From NCBI GenBank assembly GCA_964304625.1, contig OZ199840.1:10689844-10753843 (forward strand): DNA of 64,000 bases, in the 5' to 3' direction. Of the stretch, positions 11,999-25,713 are shown in pieces (positions within the stretch are counted from its first letter, which is position 1; each line of letters begins with the position of its first letter). The DNA is from Kudoa neothunni (taxonomy: Eukaryota > Animalia > Cnidaria). The translations under genes were made by a program, and so were the position numbers. The notes below the pieces were generated by a model. That model worked only from the letters and a program-made list of their open reading frames with translations, was not told the DNA's origin and made no database searches.

Positions 11999-14529
11999 AT
12001 GGCCGATCGTGTTGATTCCACTGTCAGCAGTAAAAAGTATCTAGAGCTGGCGTTCGAATACAGCAAACTCAAAGATAAATTTAAACAACTTGGTGTGTTG
12101 GGACAGCGTATAATTGGTGAGAAAGAAAGTGCTGTGGCCGATGCTGTGCAGATTGATCGGCAATTACGCCAAGCAAATCAAGAAAACGAAACACTAAAAT
12201 TTCATAACAACCAATTGACAATTCGAATCAATGTACTGCAAGATGAATTGAAAGCATTACAGCAACAACGTTTTGAAGTTGATCAACGTGATGCGGTGAG
12301 GGGATCGAGGGTGTTTTCCACTGCCACCACCTCAACCATAGAAAGTGGAAGTGGTTATCCTCTAAAACCCACTGTTGGTGATCTCAACGACGGTATCAAC
12401 ACATTTGTGGAGGTAACCAAACAGCAGGTGGCAAGCATGGCGAGTGAAAATGAACAACTTGTTCAAACAATCCAAAGTATGCGGTCGGAGTTCGATGTGG
12501 AGTTGGCTGAGAAAACCAACCAGATCCAACAACTTCAAAATCGACTCACCGATGCCGAGAAACAATCATCAACCACTGGTGAGTGTCTGGTTTCATCAAT
12601 CTGTAGAAAGGTATCCACTAGTCACAATTTCTTCGGTAGAAAATCCGTTGTGAACAGTGTGAATGCTACCTTCCACGGCAGCAGCACTTCGCCACCTCAC
12701 AAAAATGACCCCTCACTCAAAGTCTGCTCCACAACAACCTCAAAAATATTTGATCCTCGCTATACAGAACTTCATTTCCACATGGTGCCCAGCAGAATTT
12801 CATTAAAAAAAATAAAAAGCAGCGAACGGATTATCATCAATTGTTTGGAATCGTTTGTGGGTGTGATTCAACATATTTGCACGGATGTATCGGAAACAAT
12901 TCGCAATTCCTCACAATCCACCGCCCACAGTGGCCTGCAATATTACGATTTCTCCACTGCTCTATCACTCGTGCAAATGGCTTCAACTGCCATTGATGAA
13001 TATGAGCAGGTGTCTGCATTCAATCGAAATCGATTCATTTTGATCTATGGTGTTATTAACAAATGTTGCACTGCGTTGGAAATGATTGAAAAATTGCTGG
13101 AATTTCATTTCAGTCATTTGACCCCCGCCGATTCTTCCAACTCATTAGACTCGTTTAAACCACAGAGTTCCCCCAAATTATACCTACTACACACAATACA
13201 AAAATATCTCTCTATTGTTGGTATTTCATTCAAGAATCTACTCGCTCCAGACTCAACTACTACCACTACCACTACTACTACTACTACTACTACATATGAC
13301 AACCAACATTATATCATCTTTAAAGAAATTCATAACATGTTGAAACTTTTTGTTGACTATTTAAATGGAACACTCAATAGCATCGTCATTGATAGTAATA
13401 GCAATTCCAATAACACAATGGAAGACCATTTGGTAGGGATGAATGATAATGCCACTTCCACTTCAAATCAACAACTTTATCTGACCTTGAACTCATTGTT
13501 GAAAACAAGAGCTACTTATATGATCGATGTGGTCAACATGTTCACTCTGGTGGTAGAAAACGAACAAGATATGCTTCAAAATTATGGGTGGTTTTCTAGC
13601 CACATGGCCATTATCAATGCTCCCTCTCAATCCCATAACTTAACTAATAGTGAAGTTATGACAATGAATGCTTTCGAAAAAATCACTCACGCCATGAACA
13701 CCACCAACATTCAGCTCAAAACCGCTCATCTAACTGTCGTTGACCGATTGATTCCTTCTATAGTAGGCAACGCATCCACATTAAATGATGCCTCAAATTC
13801 GACTGACAAGAATAATGTTCATTGTGTGAAATCGTTGAAGGAAAATTATCTACAACTACAAAATCAGCTTATGACCACCATTAAAAAGTTGGATGAAGTC
13901 ACCAATACCAACGAACTACTACTATTCAAACTCAAGACTTCAACTCCTCCCGATCATCCCCCAACTGCGGCGCCCAATTACAACCCTAACTCTTGTTCTT
14001 ATGTGGTTTCCGATCAAAATCTGCCAACAAATGAAGTATATTATTGTGCTCTCAATCTTTTGGAAATTACCTTATATTTCCCATAATATAACTTTAATGT
14101 CAATCAAATTGGTTGATTGATAGATAAATTGTTAATACGACTAATCCGCGGGTGTGATTAATGATGTCGTCATCTATCATTTGTGTAATTATGCTTCAAA
14201 TATATATATATATATATATATAGGTATTAGACGAGCTGAAGGATTATGTCCAACAACGAGTCTCCTTTTATCAAAATGAACATCGTAAAATATTAAGCCA
14301 TATTTGTGTTCTATTGTCCGACTGGCGAGCTATGAAATACCAACTGGAAGAGTGCCAAAAAAACCTAAAATTCACCACTAACGAGGTCACGCGCTATAAA
14401 AACGAATACGCCTCATTATCAGCTCATCTAATGAGCATGAAAGAATCCTATGAGAAAAATGTGGTTGAACTCACCGAAAAACTTTCATTAACTATGACCA
14501 CTCATGCTTCACATAAAAACAGAAAATAG
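11999..14529 (+). CDS. PPP1R21: Protein phosphatase 1 regulatory subunit 21 (KLRAQ/FERRY subunit)-like, 2 exons
   Basis: N-terminus KYLELAFEYSKLKDK...LRQANQENETLKFHNNQLTIRINVLQDEL matches the KLRAQ domain pattern. Intron 14036-14223 joins a C-terminal coiled coil (EVTRYKNEYASLSAHLMSMKESYEK) resembling the PPP1R21 C-terminus. Confidence 0.8.
13256..13292 (+). repeat. (ACT)n coding microsatellite giving a poly-Thr tract in PPP1R21
   Basis: Directly visible trinucleotide run. Confidence 0.9.
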
Positions 14530-15779
14530 TCACCAATTTTTGTAGACGACTATTTTTCCATTCCTTTTACATTTTTTTACTGTATCTGTTTTTATTTTTG
14601 AATATAATTAATTTTTACTCACAAGTTGAATACAGATTAATTTTTTGGGGATCCGCTATATTTATTTTTATATTTTTTCCTGGCTGCAAATAGCAAGTCA
14701 GTTGTGGAAAAATAAATGTATGAGCGCGCGCGTGATACCAACCACATGCCTTTTATTGTAATATCATTAGATTGATTTATATAATTATTTGATTCGCATT
14801 GGTTACATTTTAGCATTGTTTGGGAAAGTTCTTTTTTCATAGATATGCTATCCTATAAGCAATATTGATTCTATAATTCACTAAAATTATTGACAAATAA
14901 TCATTGATCGATGCAGAAAAAGTATTTCTTTATTACAAACCACGTGAAAATGTTAAGAGAGAATGAAATTCATTTAAAACGAAAAAATCAAAGCTCGATA
15001 CCTATTACCATATGTATAAATGTGTTGCAATGACCATAAAGACTTTTACCTATTTGTTAAAAATAAACTAGATGAGTTTATCCAGAATTTTTCCGCGAGA
15101 TCACTTTTTGAAACAATTAAAAATCTTACTTATTGAATCGAATGATTTTTAATTATCTAAGAGGAAGTTAAAAAAAACGAACACATTTGTTTAAACTATG
15201 TAAGATAAATTATTTAAATATTGGCAACCTAAATGGAATTAAAAGAAACGTACAAAATTACATAACAATTAAAGGTATTGGAAGGAGTTTTACAGCAGAG
15301 AAAAACGCAAAGATCGCTAATATTGAATTCTGAAATAATGCTCGATAACTGAGATAAGATATCTCATAAGGGATGTAATCGGATTGATCCAGCGATAAAG
15401 ATATTTAGAAATAAATATTTGATATCTGAACAGATCAAAAGAAGGACAGGGAATGATTTCGAGATAGACCAAAGTAAAGGAATTGATCTCGTGGTAAAAA
15501 ATAAACAGGATTTTATTAGGGTTTCTATGCTTGTTATCAAGTATCACTCGTTTTTAGAATTTTATCATTACTTTTTTGTTTTTCATTAGAGAATTTGAAG
15601 TTTATTAAAATTTCATAATATAATAAAGAACAATTATACTGAATTCAGTAATTTTATTTGTAACTGGTAGTGTTTACTTTTTTAAAGTTAAGAAAAACAA
15701 TTCATTGGATTCATACATAAAAAAAATTTGGTTGGGAGATGCCACAAAACCCGTCAACAATAACCAATATAATTAAATC

Positions 15780-17133
15780 AGAAGCCACCGAGAATTTTTG
15801 AAATGAAATTATAAAACAAATTCAATAGAAATATGAAGAAGACAAGAGCTTTACGGAGATTATAGACGAATGGACTTGTAGCGCTCTAAAATGGTTCATG
15901 ACTGTTGTCTTGGCATCCAATGTTAAAACAATGTATTGAAGATAAGCTGTTCGAATTCAACATTAACGTTGATTGATTGGTCGCCGTTGTTTCAGATGGT
16001 GCATCGGTTGTGGAAGCTTTTCAGAAAAGTATTCCCTGCATAACACAAGTTTGTTTCTCTCATGGGTTCATTTGGCGATCAAAGGGGTTATTGGGAGTGA
16101 TAACGATGATTTATCAGATGTTGATTCAGAAACTATTCTTGATGGTAGCTTATTGTGCATAATATTTGTTACATTTATAACTAGGTAATTATCCAGGAGC
16201 TATGTTTCGAATGAAAAAAATGATAAACATTTTCAAACATTCGCCATTGCCACAGGAGAATTTAGATAAAAGCAGGCTCAGTGAAAATAAAAAACCCCTG
16301 TGTATAATCGTATAATCACCCATGTAGAAACCAGATGGAACAGCCTCTACGATGCAGTGGAGAGATTTTTAGAATTATATCTGTAGATAACGAAAGTTTT
16401 ATTGGAAGAAAATTCGAGAAGAAATTTTGTAATTTATTAACATTAATTTTGATATTTGGATAAAACAAATAGAGTATCCATCTGCTTTAGACATAATTCT
16501 TCTGGAATATATAAAAATATCATTGCTCACCAAAGTTCTTGTATCAAAAGTATTATCAAAGGAAATAGTCAATTATAAAGATACGGACGCAATTTTTGAA
16601 TTTGCCTTAAACAAATTATATCAACAAGACGACTCACATATGTCACAACAGTTGTTTTTTCATTGGATCACAGAATCAGAGAACGCTGAAACGTTGTTTT
16701 GGCAACTATTGTTTCTTATTCAAATAATAGTTACGAATTTAGTAATAAAAGTCGACTTTCTTATTGCAGTGAAGAGGACTGTTATAATTTTACACAGCAG
16801 AAATATGCGAGACTATTTACATCAGAAAACAATGTTGACATTGGGGACGTTCCACATCAAGACCTTCATTCTGAGTTTCAAAGTTTCATAGCTTCAAGTA
16901 AAAATGAGAAAATCATAAAATCCCCAATTCTAAATTCTTTAAAGATTTTTTAGCTTGAAGGATATTTAAATGATGACCTTAAATTACTAAAAAATGCGCT
17001 TGAAAGTGTACAACCCTCTAGCGTCCTGTCTGAGAGGGCAATATCAATTGCCGGAAACTTTTTGATAAAAAGAAGGGTTAGAATTGGTGATGAGCTGCTG
17101 GATGTGCTTATGATTTTATCTGGAAAAAGTTAA
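15780..17133 (+). mobile_element. hAT (Ac/hobo-like) transposase pseudogene
   Basis: Fragments in order: IIDEWT, VVSDGASV, VCFSHG-HLAIK, IFKHSP, VETRWNSLYDAVERFLEL and the dimerisation region VQPSSVLSERAISIAGNFLIKRRVRIGDELLDVLM. Many stops and frameshifts. Confidence 0.85.
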
Positions 17134-17899
17134 TATTTTCGTGAAATAAAAACTATTATAACAAATTAATCAGTTTATTTATTTTATTATCTTCTTAAAC
17201 TTGTTTAATTAAAGCATATTTGGTGTAATTATATATTTTTTAATTCATATAATTTATCTTCTAGTATCAATTGATGCAGTGTATTAAACAAAGGATGATT
17301 TAAACAATTTTCCATTCTATCACATTTTTACATATATTGGTAATGGTAAAGTATGCGGCACCTGAAAACGTCCTCTTGCGCATGTTTTTTTCGAATTTCT
17401 TTTTTCACTATAATAAAAATACTTTTAGAAATTCAGAAAGTGGACCTTGATATTGTAAGATTTTTTTTAGTTTATAATTTTTGTTGTTGTGTTTTATATT
17501 AGAAATTAAGAATTTATTCTATTTTTATTATTATAATTCAGAAACCTAATTTTATAAAATAATAAACTTTGGTTTTTTGACCATGTAGTATCTGTAATAA
17601 TTGAAAAAAAATATTAGGCTAAATTTATATTGTTTTATAAGTTTTTTTATATGTCAACATTTGGTAACAATAAATTCGGCAAAATATACTAATTAAGAAT
17701 ACTACGTGGTACACACATAATATGCTAACTGGAGTGGTTGTTTATATTGGTTCACTTATAATTGATTAAAACTAATAAATTTATAGAAATAACAATTTTT
17801 GGATTGGATAGTAACAAAATTTTTACGTTAACTGAATATTATATTAAACACCCACGTAAGAATTCCTCTAATAAAATTAAGAAAATGCATTTTGAGAGC

Positions 17900-18602
17900 A
17901 CGTGGTTTTCTTTACGTATTTAAACTATTCACATTAAAAAAAACATGTATAGATAAATATGAAGCGTAACCAACTTATGAGTGATTATCAAAACAAATTA
18001 GAGAGCAGTTCAACGTTTGTTGGAAAATGATAGAGATTACACGTGTATCCGACTGCGTTCGGATGAAAAATTCTTAAAATTTTGAAATTATTATTTTGAG
18101 ATGGATATTGCCAACCTAATATGTTTTTTGTACTATTCAATGGTGGTGTAATCCTTTATTGAAAATAACATTAATTGTTTATAAAAACAATAATTACGAG
18201 GTGTTGTGTCGTTTAAGTGTGTGTCTTATTCAAGCGTAATTTAAAAAATACAACAGGTGGAATGCGTCAAGCTTTATAAAAATATAAGAATAATTTTAAT
18301 GTGATTCGACACACTATTCTACATTATATATTGGCTTGAAAAAAAATTTAATTGGTATCGGGGCAATCCTAAAAAAACGGTGTCATATCTGTGTTCGTCA
18401 AAATGATAGAAAACCGAGAACTACTTGCCTTAACCGCTTAAAATCCTTTTGAAAATAATGTTCCAATACTACATGTAATAATTGCTCTCGAAATTAAATA
18501 TTTAAAATAGTATGCTACAAAATAAACCAAATTAACCGCCCTGGGTCCATTGGGCCCCAGGCGTGTGTTCGAGTAAAGTTTTTTGCGCGTTAGAAATTTT
18601 AA
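17900..18602 (+). mobile_element. 3' remnant of a piggyBac-like transposon
   Basis: KKRCHICVRQNDRKPRTTC resembles the piggyBac C-terminal Cys-rich domain. Subterminal GGGTCCATTGGGCCCCAG resembles the motif near 3190 and 3370. Confidence 0.55.
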
Positions 18603-20031
18603 ATAACTACATAGTTAAACAAAATTTTAATAAATAATAAGTTTAATTCTTATATCTCGATTAATTCACCCAACATTGACAATAAATTGGGCAAGATCCG
18701 TTTAGATCAAGATCAGGGATCTCAAAACTTTTTTTTTTCGTGGACCCCCTTCAGAGATGTCATTAAAAATAGAAAAGTTTTTATAGTTTTCCGACTGTAA
18801 CAACTAGAAATATCTGCGATATACCCTATTAATATTCGGCTTCCAATATAAAGTACAATGTGAAATTATACTAATCGAAAAAATATCTTATATTAACGAT
18901 GGAACATCAAATTATATCGGAAAAATTGCAGCTACTTGTAAATTTACCACAATGAATCTGTTTTTAAACATAAATCACATTCAATAGGCCTCCCGAATTG
19001 GGTCGCTTATATATGATTATTATTACATACTATCGCACAAAAAAAACTAAAACGGCAGATTTCAAGATTAAATTACATCGTATATAGAGAAGTTAATATG
19101 GATATCTTAATCTTTACCTCAAGAGAGTGTTCCATAGGTTGAGGACGAATGAAACGTTTTCAAAGTATCAACAGGGATTTGAAGGGGTAATTGCTGATTA
19201 TTATAATTATTTTCGGAGCTTATGAAATTTTGATTCAAATCAATCTTAAAAATAGGACTTATCATACTTAGTCAATTATATAATTAATGTAAACTATCTT
19301 TATTGTGGTATGCTAGTGATTATTTAAGTTTAAGAAAAAGAACTCTAATGAATTCGTTAATTTTCTATGAACTTCAAAGAAAAAACATAAATTACAATGT
19401 AATAAAATTGAGAAAATGATTCCAACTTAAAAATGAAAATCAAGCAGAAATGTAAAAAATGTAAAAAACGTAAATCAACCACTTTGGAAACCCCCGGTTT
19501 GGATATATATTTCTCAAATACATGATACAGACAATAAAATCGATATAGCAAATATTGGACGAATTTCGACCACAACAAACGTTCAGTAATTCTAGTTTAA
19601 TTTAAAAATAGGTTTACTGTTTATCCTATTAATACAGTTATAAAAACTTAAATTTTGTGTGAGAAATGCGTTTACACATTCACTTTCAGAGAACAGCAGC
19701 TATAATAGAGAATAACTTTAAATTATAGGACAAACAAATCAAACCTTTGAACTTTTTAGTATTAAACATTATTATACTCACACTTCATATTCACTTGGTA
19801 TTGCCGCAAATGGAGAATTAAGGTATGCTAGGTGTTCGCCGAGTTAATCTGTCGATTTTATATTAGGATAATTATCACATTTAATCCGTTAATCCTATGT
19901 TGTTTAGAATTAATTTTGTAATTTGGAGGATGGGATCACAGAGAGTGTAATTTTGCTAGCAGCAAAACACACTTGACAATTAAATAATCAAATATATTTT
20001 AGACTAAAGTGTGAGTTAATGCGTTATTAAC

Positions 20032-23000
20032 ATGCAAGATTTGGTCGGATTAAAAACAGCATACGCGCAAGCGTATTTGGCAATTGGACTTAAACTGGAT
20101 CATTCTAATGAGTTTGGTCAGTTTTTTATTACTTACGGAACAATTGCGCAATAGGATCAAGCTGATATTTGTTAATTGAGAATCAAAAACGCACTAGCAA
20201 TTAATAGTAGTACTTATTGAAAATTAGTATTTGGACGACTTTTTGAATCGAATGGTTGGTTCTTTGATTGGACACAGCATGCTTATGGAACATGCGCAAA
20301 AAACCTATTCGCAGTTCACAACTAGTTCACAAACGTCTCAAACCACACGGCCACCATTGATAGGTATTAATCTCGTCACAAATCGCAAGCGACCACCCGA
20401 GTGATTTATAGATTAACTGTCGAGATTGCGTGATTACGCTAGTTTCATCTAAACGAGAAGAGTTAATGTGAGTTTTTGTTTGTGGTGGGTGGCGTTTGTG
20501 TGGGGGTGCGTTAAATTCGATTTGCGCCCACATTATTTTCATTGATTTGTTTGGTTAGACATAATACTAATATAGGAATGAAAAATCCGATGAATCCCAA
20601 ACCAATTTCACATACAGTGATACCGATATCGCGTCGGCGAATCCTCAGAGTATTGTCAATTTGAATTTGTAAAATTGTTCTCACCCTCCAAAACCATTGA
20701 TAAATCAATGATTGGTGTGTGGCTAACATTTTATGATGAATTCGTGGTTGTAGGGAAACAAGTGTCGTCAGCATTGCGTCGTTTTCAAAGTGTGTACTCG
20801 GAGGATCGCATCAATTCCAACCCTACCGATCTAGTAAGCAGTAATAAAGCTGCAACCTTGACCAAGATTGATTCAAAAAAAGTAATTTCGAACTGCAAAA
20901 AGAAACAAATCGCCGTGTTTGAAACCTTCGAGGAAGAGAAAAAACCCATCGCAGTGAACACTCATCATCAGAAATATGAAAACTATCGTTCATTTCATAC
21001 TCCATTGGTACGAGCGGGAATCAATATATTTAATGGGTAGGTTAGATGTGATCTAATATATAATTTATCTTGTTTTCTGTCGGTTAAAATTTACTATCAA
21101 TTTGGATTAGAAATGCAAAGGATGGATTGGCTTATTTGATTGTTATGAATTATCTGCAGCCGAACGCATCAAGTGTAGCCGAATTCTTTAGAAATGTTCA
21201 TTTTCTATCAAAAGACAAAATTGGCGAGGTTCTCGGTTCCATATCAAATGAGTTCTGTTTGGGAGCATTAAAGTGGTTGTTTGATGTGATTTTTGTTATT
21301 ATTCTTGCTTAGTAATTTCGCCAATTGTTTTGATTTCTCTTCCATGTATCCAGATGAGGCTCTTCGAAATTTTCAGAATTTTTTTCGAATGCCAGTAATT
21401 ATTTTTATTGAATTTAATGTTTTAATTTGGGCCGATTCTATCAGACTAATTGTTAATCATTTCAATAAATATTACTGCCAATCGAACTATTAACTTCTTG
21501 TACAATTAATGGCGGCTAAGGATTTAATCACATTGAATATTTTACTATAATTGTCTCGAGAAAATATCTTTGTTTGGATAAATAAAATCCATTATACACA
21601 CACATATATATATATATATATACATATTTATTACAATATTCTGTTGTGTTGATAATAAAATATGTTTCAAAATACAGTAGGTAATCGATAGTTTGCAGTT
21701 GATAAATTGCACGCGGTTGTTTTTATTTGTGCTTTGTTTATCTTTCTAAAAAAAGTGTTACACCTTTAATTTAAACAGAATAACAAAAAATATTATTAAG
21801 ATTTTTGTTTTAATCCTATTTATTGTATTTTCATTTACATGGAAAAGATCATTTTGTGAGTTACCTCAAAAAACTTTTGATTTTCGTTCAAAAATTCAAC
21901 AGTCACAGTGTAAATTTTAATCACGTAGTTTAATCAAAAAAATTATAAACTGTGAATATTTCGTATTGATAAAAATGCGCATCATCAATTACCCACTGTA
22001 CTTCAAGTGAGATGTATAATTAATAAGATTACCTATATTTAGAACTCGACACAAAATTAAATTGATTTTTCTAACAATCTATTACTGGCAATTTTAAACA
22101 ACCCATAATCTACCACCAGACTTAACTATAAACTCGCACTGGTTAATTTATATTTGTTGTTTTGACTATAGATATAATCTGAGCTATGTAAAGTTTAAGT
22201 TAAAATTTGACTCAACTTAGTTATTCTCTATCGAAAATAATTATTGACCGGAAATAATTGATATTTAGGGTGAAGCACAAAAAATCCATGCCATCTTGGA
22301 TGTATTATACTACTCATTAAATGGCTTGATAGAGATTTTTCCATTTGTTTATAGAAATTCGCTGAAAGATATATGTTTTGTAATCGAAATAGTAATCTTC
22401 TAAAAGTGAACAATCTGCTGGAAACTGAGGCAGTTCTGGTGTTAGTATACGCTATTGTAATGCTTAACACCGATCTGCACAATCCAAGTGTTAAATGGAA
22501 GATGTCTTTGGATCAATTTTTAAAAAATATGGAGGGTACTTTTTAGTGTTATTCAGTTTTGGTCAACTTATTGGACGTTTTTAGGCGTAGAATCTTGCAA
22601 AGATATCCCCAAAACATTTCTCAAAGATATCTACACTAATATATCAAAAGTAGCTGTTTATTGTTGTGTGGTGTGGGATTTTTGACGAATGTCATGCAGA
22701 GTGAATTTTCAGTGGGATTCGACCATATGAAACAACTTAAAGAAATGTCCTCACTGATTACCGGAAAAGGATTGGTAAGTAGCAATTGTTTTTGTATAAT
22801 CTAACGCTTTGTGTTACAATCTAGCCCCAAATTGTACAGCCACAACGGCAATTTATAGGAATTCGAGATGTCACCGAAATTCGTAGTATCAAATACCCTG
22901 AACGTTGTTGCTTACGTTCACTGTTCATCTTCAATGATTTGGTCATTTTCACTCGGTCTGTAAATTCGAAATCTATTCGGCATCGCTTCAGTCTAAATAA

Positions 23001-23458
23001 CAACAAAAATTCGTTCTATTTCTATGTGAAATCAATCTACCTAAAAAATATACAACCAATCATGATCGAATCTAAAGCCACTCCATTTAACGTACTATTA
23101 GTGGCACACTCAGGAGATTGTGTGGCGTTTTTGGATTGTGTCGATAGCAAAAATCGTGAGAAAGTGTTTGTAGATTTCAAGCAATTTTGCTATGAAGCTT
23201 ATCTCACCGATTTTATCTCTCAATGTAGGTGGATTTTTTTGTGTTATTTATGTTAACACGTTCTCAATAACTTTAAATTATCAATTAGGTATTCCACCGA
23301 AATTTTTCAAATGTGTCTCCAATCTTATTCAATCCAATGAAAATATTTTTACAAATCAACTTGTGGCCGATTTCAAATACAAAATCGAATCACTACAATA
23401 TCCTATCGTTAAGGTGGACCCCACAAATATTGTATTCAATCCGGATTATCGTTTTTAG
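20032..23458 (+). CDS. IQSEC: IQSEC/BRAG-like ARF guanine nucleotide exchange factor (Sec7 + PH), multi-exon; 5' exons uncertain
   Basis: Spliced Sec7 domain: RAGINIFN..GLAYLI..LSKDKIGEVLG..DFSSMYPDEALRNFQNFFRMP|GEAQKI..FAERY..YAIVMLNTDLHNPSVKWKMSLDQFLKNMEG. Then DHMKQLKEMSSLITGK and a PH-like RSLFIFNDLVIFTR, as in the IQSEC family. Sec7-PH part (from about 20760) is firm. Confidence 0.8.
21673..22000. mobile_element. Short, internally deleted copy of the TA-flanked MITE family, inside the long IQSEC intron
   Basis: TA-CAGTAGGTAATCGATA...TGCGCATCATCAATTACCCACTG-TA ends and internal AGAATAACAAAAAATATTATTAAGATT shared with the copies at 29568 and 48232. Confidence 0.6.
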
Positions 23459-23756
23459 CATTGATAACGTCCAGTTTGGACTGTTTGTAATTTTTATCTA
23501 GTAACTCTCATCTCATCTGTGATCTGTGTGTGTGTGTGTGTGTGATATTATTTTGATGCATGCTTGTAGTTGCTGTTGTTTTTCAGTTTGCTGTGCTGGT
23601 ATTAGTTAAATATAAAAATAGGGTGAAATTTTGCGGACAACCTGCCGTGATTTTAAAAGTTAAAAATTAGTGTCGATCGATCGGCTGCCATAGTTTTTGA
23701 ATTCTAGATTAAGATGCTAAACGTTGTGCTAATGTTATTCTATACACAAATTAGAG

Positions 23757-25200
23757 TACAATGCAACCTCGGAGTTCGCCCCCAAATTTTAAGTCAGAAA
23801 CCTTCATAATCTACCTTATGACAACCAATAAATATTTATTCTTTATTTCATTTTTGTTATATTTAATATTTATTTGTTATATTTTACAAATATTTGGTGT
23901 GCATTTCTTGTCCTAAATAAGAATAAAATAGTCATTTATTTGATGCGCGGGAAAATTTGTTTACTCCGATTCTTCTCTTTTTGTTTACAAGGTAAAACCC
24001 ATTGCGCAACGTATTTATTTGGTTAGGCCATCCACATTAACTTAACGCTGTAGGCATTGTAGGATGAGTAACATCTATCCCATCTATCCCATCTACCCAC
24101 CTACCCACCTACCCATCGAAAGGCAAGTGATTTGCAGTCCTCACAGAGCTAACGTCCTGCGATGCCTAAAGCGTTAATGGAAGAGTTATGACCAACCAGA
24201 ATTCCACAACCAAATCTATCTACTCATAAGAGCTTTGATTCTGAGAGATTTCAAGCCTGTTATAGTACATCCCTGACGATAAAAGTATCTAATATGATCT
24301 CCTCTGTTAGATCGAATTATTACTGGGGGTGAAATTACACTTAAGTGCGATCGGATTCTAACAACCGCTCCCATTACGGGGTGAAGACACCCGTACGGAA
24401 ATGGCAGTTCAGTCAGTAGCGGGGATCGAATCCAGTACCTCCGGTTATTGGGTCCAATTACCATGCCGCTGGTTTATTTGTCATCGGCCAGTACGAATCT
24501 GCCTGCCTGTCCAAAATTCAAATTCGACCCGCTCTTTTGTAATATGCCTTTTCGTTCCCAAAAAAATATTCCGGAAGAAGTTTCTGAAGATTAAGAAATT
24601 ACACATTCTACATTGAGCAGCATTGTTAAAGATACAATTCGAAAGAGAAAATTGTAAAGATCAAAACACCAAAGCTAAATACATCAGATTAACTAGAAAA
24701 GTTCAAGAAAGATTTTTTCTTACATTGAAAACGCTTATACAATAAATCGTAATGGGATACTTGAAAAATTTGGAATTCAAATCTCTCAACCTCCCACCTA
24801 TAAATAGTTCTAAAGTTAAACGCAACCTTCAAAATGACTATATCGATTCCAAAGAGTAAAAGTAGTAACAATGTAAAATTAGAAAAGTATGATCTGCAAC
24901 CCCGTTTTACCTAATTGTAGAAGATCGGACATCACAACGATTTTGGCAGTAAAAGCTACAAATGTGGTTTTTCGGGAGTTATCCAACAAAGTATCAATCC
25001 AGAAATATTTCAAACCTGCTTAAAAAGATTCCCGATATTTTAAGGAATGAAAATTCCATTATTGTCATGGGAAAGGTAAGGTTTCATCGCAGTAACAAAT
25101 AGTTTTACGACAATTGCGGTTATGAAATTCGTCATTTGCCTCGGTATTCTCCATTTTCAAACCCTTTCGAGTAAATTTTTTCAAAATGAAAACATTTGAT
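23757..25200 (+). mobile_element. Decayed Tc1/IS630-like transposon
   Basis: Left end TACAATGCAACCTCGGAGTT and about 120 bp of AT-rich sequence are shared with 46777-47060. Relic peptides IVMGKVRFHRS and YEIRHLPRYSPF resemble the DNxxxH and LPPYSPxLNPIE motifs of DDE_3 transposases. Confidence 0.6.
24071..24490 (-). mobile_element. Probable tRNA-derived SINE
   Basis: Minus-strand head TGGTAATTGGACCCAATAACCGGAGGTACTGGATTCGATCCCC is tRNA-like with a B-box-like motif. GC-richer body. 3' tail of (GGTAGGTG)/(GATAGATGG) simple repeats. Confidence 0.5.
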
Positions 25201-25713
25201 ACAATTCATGATTTTATTCAAATAATAATTTTTGTTTCAAAAATATTCGCGTTGATATAATATAATTACATTAGGATTGATTGATTGATTGATTGATTGA
25301 TTACTGTTCGAAATACCTGGACTTTTAAAACGATTAATTTTTGGAATTTTTGACGAAATAAGAGTACCAGTAAGTTTCTAAATTGATTTGATCAGTTTGG
25401 ATTTTAAATAAAACCAAGTATGATGAGTCCATCAAATTATTTATAATAAAGAGAGAATAACCATTTAATATTATGAAATAACTCACCACGCAAGTTTTCT
25501 CGTGCATACGATCTTATTCGATATTTTAAAATATTTACATTTTTAATTTACAACACAAGTACTATGTCAAATAACCTGAGAAACAAACATTTAACACAAT
25601 AGACCAGCAGCCGCGCGATTATACATGATTAAAAAAGAAATGTAGAAACAACAACAAAGTGAACAATAATTTTATTGGTTCTATTTGGAATCTACGACGT
25701 TTGCACGAGTGAT

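Noticed and set aside
24270-24320. CTGACGA resembling a hammerhead ribozyme core
   Set aside because: No properly placed GAAA or convincing stems I-III.
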